Assembly: GCA_035563515.1 (NCBI GenBank)
Contig: DATMVE010000059.1
Span: 22,725 to 86,724 of the forward strand
Reading direction: 5' to 3'
Source of the DNA: Pyrinomonadaceae bacterium
GTDB lineage: Bacteria; Acidobacteriota; Blastocatellia; Pyrinomonadales; Pyrinomonadaceae
DNA length: 64,000 nucleotides
The first letter of the stretch is position 1. Every line of letters begins with the position of its first letter. The position numbers were made by a program, and so were the translations under genes. This document shows, piece after piece, positions 63,503-64,000 of the stretch. Below the pieces are notes generated by a model. The model ran no database searches. It was not told where the DNA came from and worked only from the letters and a program-made list of their open reading frames with translations.

Positions 63503-64000
63503 ATGTCTGCCACAACCGAAACACGCACCATCACAGTCGCGCACTCGCCGGACTCCGACGACGCGTTCATGTTCTACGCGCTCGCGACCAACAAGCTCGA
63601 CACGGGCGACCTCCAATTCACGCACGTCCTGAAAGACATCCAGACGCTGAACGAGATGGCGCGGCGCGGCGTCTACGACGTGACGGCCGTCAGCTTCCAC
63701 GCCTACGCCTACATCGCGGACCTTTACGCGCTCCTGCCGCACGGCGCGAGCATCGGCGACAACTACGGCCCCGTCGTCGTGGCGCGCGAGCCGCACGCGG
63801 CCGGCGAGTTGTCGAAGCTGAAAGTCGCCGTGCCTGGGACGCTGACGAGCGCCTTCCTCGCCCTGCGGATTTTCGACGCGGAGTTCGAGTACGAGGTCGT
63901 GCCCTTCGACCAGATCATAGAGGCCGTCCGCGAGGGGCGCTGCGACGCCGGGCTCCTCATTCACGAGGGCCAGCTCTTCTACGACAAGTTGGGCCTGCAC
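63503..64000 (+). CDS. MqnA/MqnD-family menaquinone biosynthesis protein, 5' partial (runs off the window)
   Basis: Open from ATG 63503 to the window end (166 codons, not in the ORF track). [19 protein letters not shown]-terminus typical of this family. The antisense ORF 63422..64000 is a shadow. Confidence 0.7.
   Translation, partial: MSATTETRTITVAHSPDSDDAFMFYALATNKLDTGDLQFTHVLKDIQTLNEMARRGVYDVTAVSFHAYAYIADLYALLPHGASIGDNYGPVVVAREPHAAGELSKLKVAVPGTLTSAFLALRIFDAEFEYEVVPFDQIIEAVREGRCDAGLLIHEGQLFYDKLGLH

Noticed and set aside
61853-64000. ORFs 61853..63118 (minus) and 63422..64000 (minus)
   Set aside because: They are antisense to the radical-SAM gene and to the partial MqnA/MqnD-family gene, whose plus-strand frames carry family motifs.

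Overview
This is a 64-kb window of a high-GC bacterial chromosome, roughly two-thirds G+C by eye. It carries many TPR, CarboxypepD_reg and secreted hypothetical proteins, a sigma-54 enhancer-binding regulator and futalosine-type menaquinone genes. That content resembles Acidobacteriota-like soil bacteria, but the taxon cannot be proven from this sequence. Positions 1-5558 are a clearly AT-richer, partial integrative element. On the minus strand it reads: tyrosine integrase, one cargo gene with a C-terminal HEPN-type Rx4H motif, a small Xis/AlpA-like HTH, a Zn-finger/Toprim primase, a RecA-like helicase, then an iteron-type origin. Its right junction is a 48-nt 3' half of tRNA-Val(TAC), immediately upstream of an intact tRNA-Asp(GTC). 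The HEPN-like cargo gene in this satellite/PICI-like backbone is my best candidate for an undescribed single-gene anti-phage (abortive infection) module. The rest is dense chromosomal coding sequence. Housekeeping genes: glyA, rpiB, proS, moeA, moaC, queD, larB, ubiX, a ubiA-type prenyltransferase, a DinG/XPD-like helicase and an mqnE-like gene. Regulatory modules: BlaI/BlaR1-like, a PAS histidine kinase, CheY-like and NtrC-like regulators, and a stand-alone Ser/Thr kinase. Other points worth a second look:
- a candidate c-di-GMP-I (GEMM-I) riboswitch at about 8047-8156
- a shared TACTACAA-NN-GTCGTA operator in two promoters around the BlaI-like repressor
- a BlaR1/M56 protease whose sensor domain is replaced by an AMPK-beta/CBM48-like glycan-binding module
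- a DisA_N (diadenylate-cyclase-like) protein with an unknown N-terminal domain
- a 75-aa protein made of three peptide repeats that differ only at synonymous sites
- a family of intergenic hairpins whose arms are tandem arrays of 7-nt words (GGCAGYG, GATGAAT, TTCACGA)
No rRNA, CRISPR array or transposase was seen. Family names are assigned from motifs recognised by eye, since no searches could be run. Many long ORFs in the track are antisense shadows typical of high-GC DNA and were not called.
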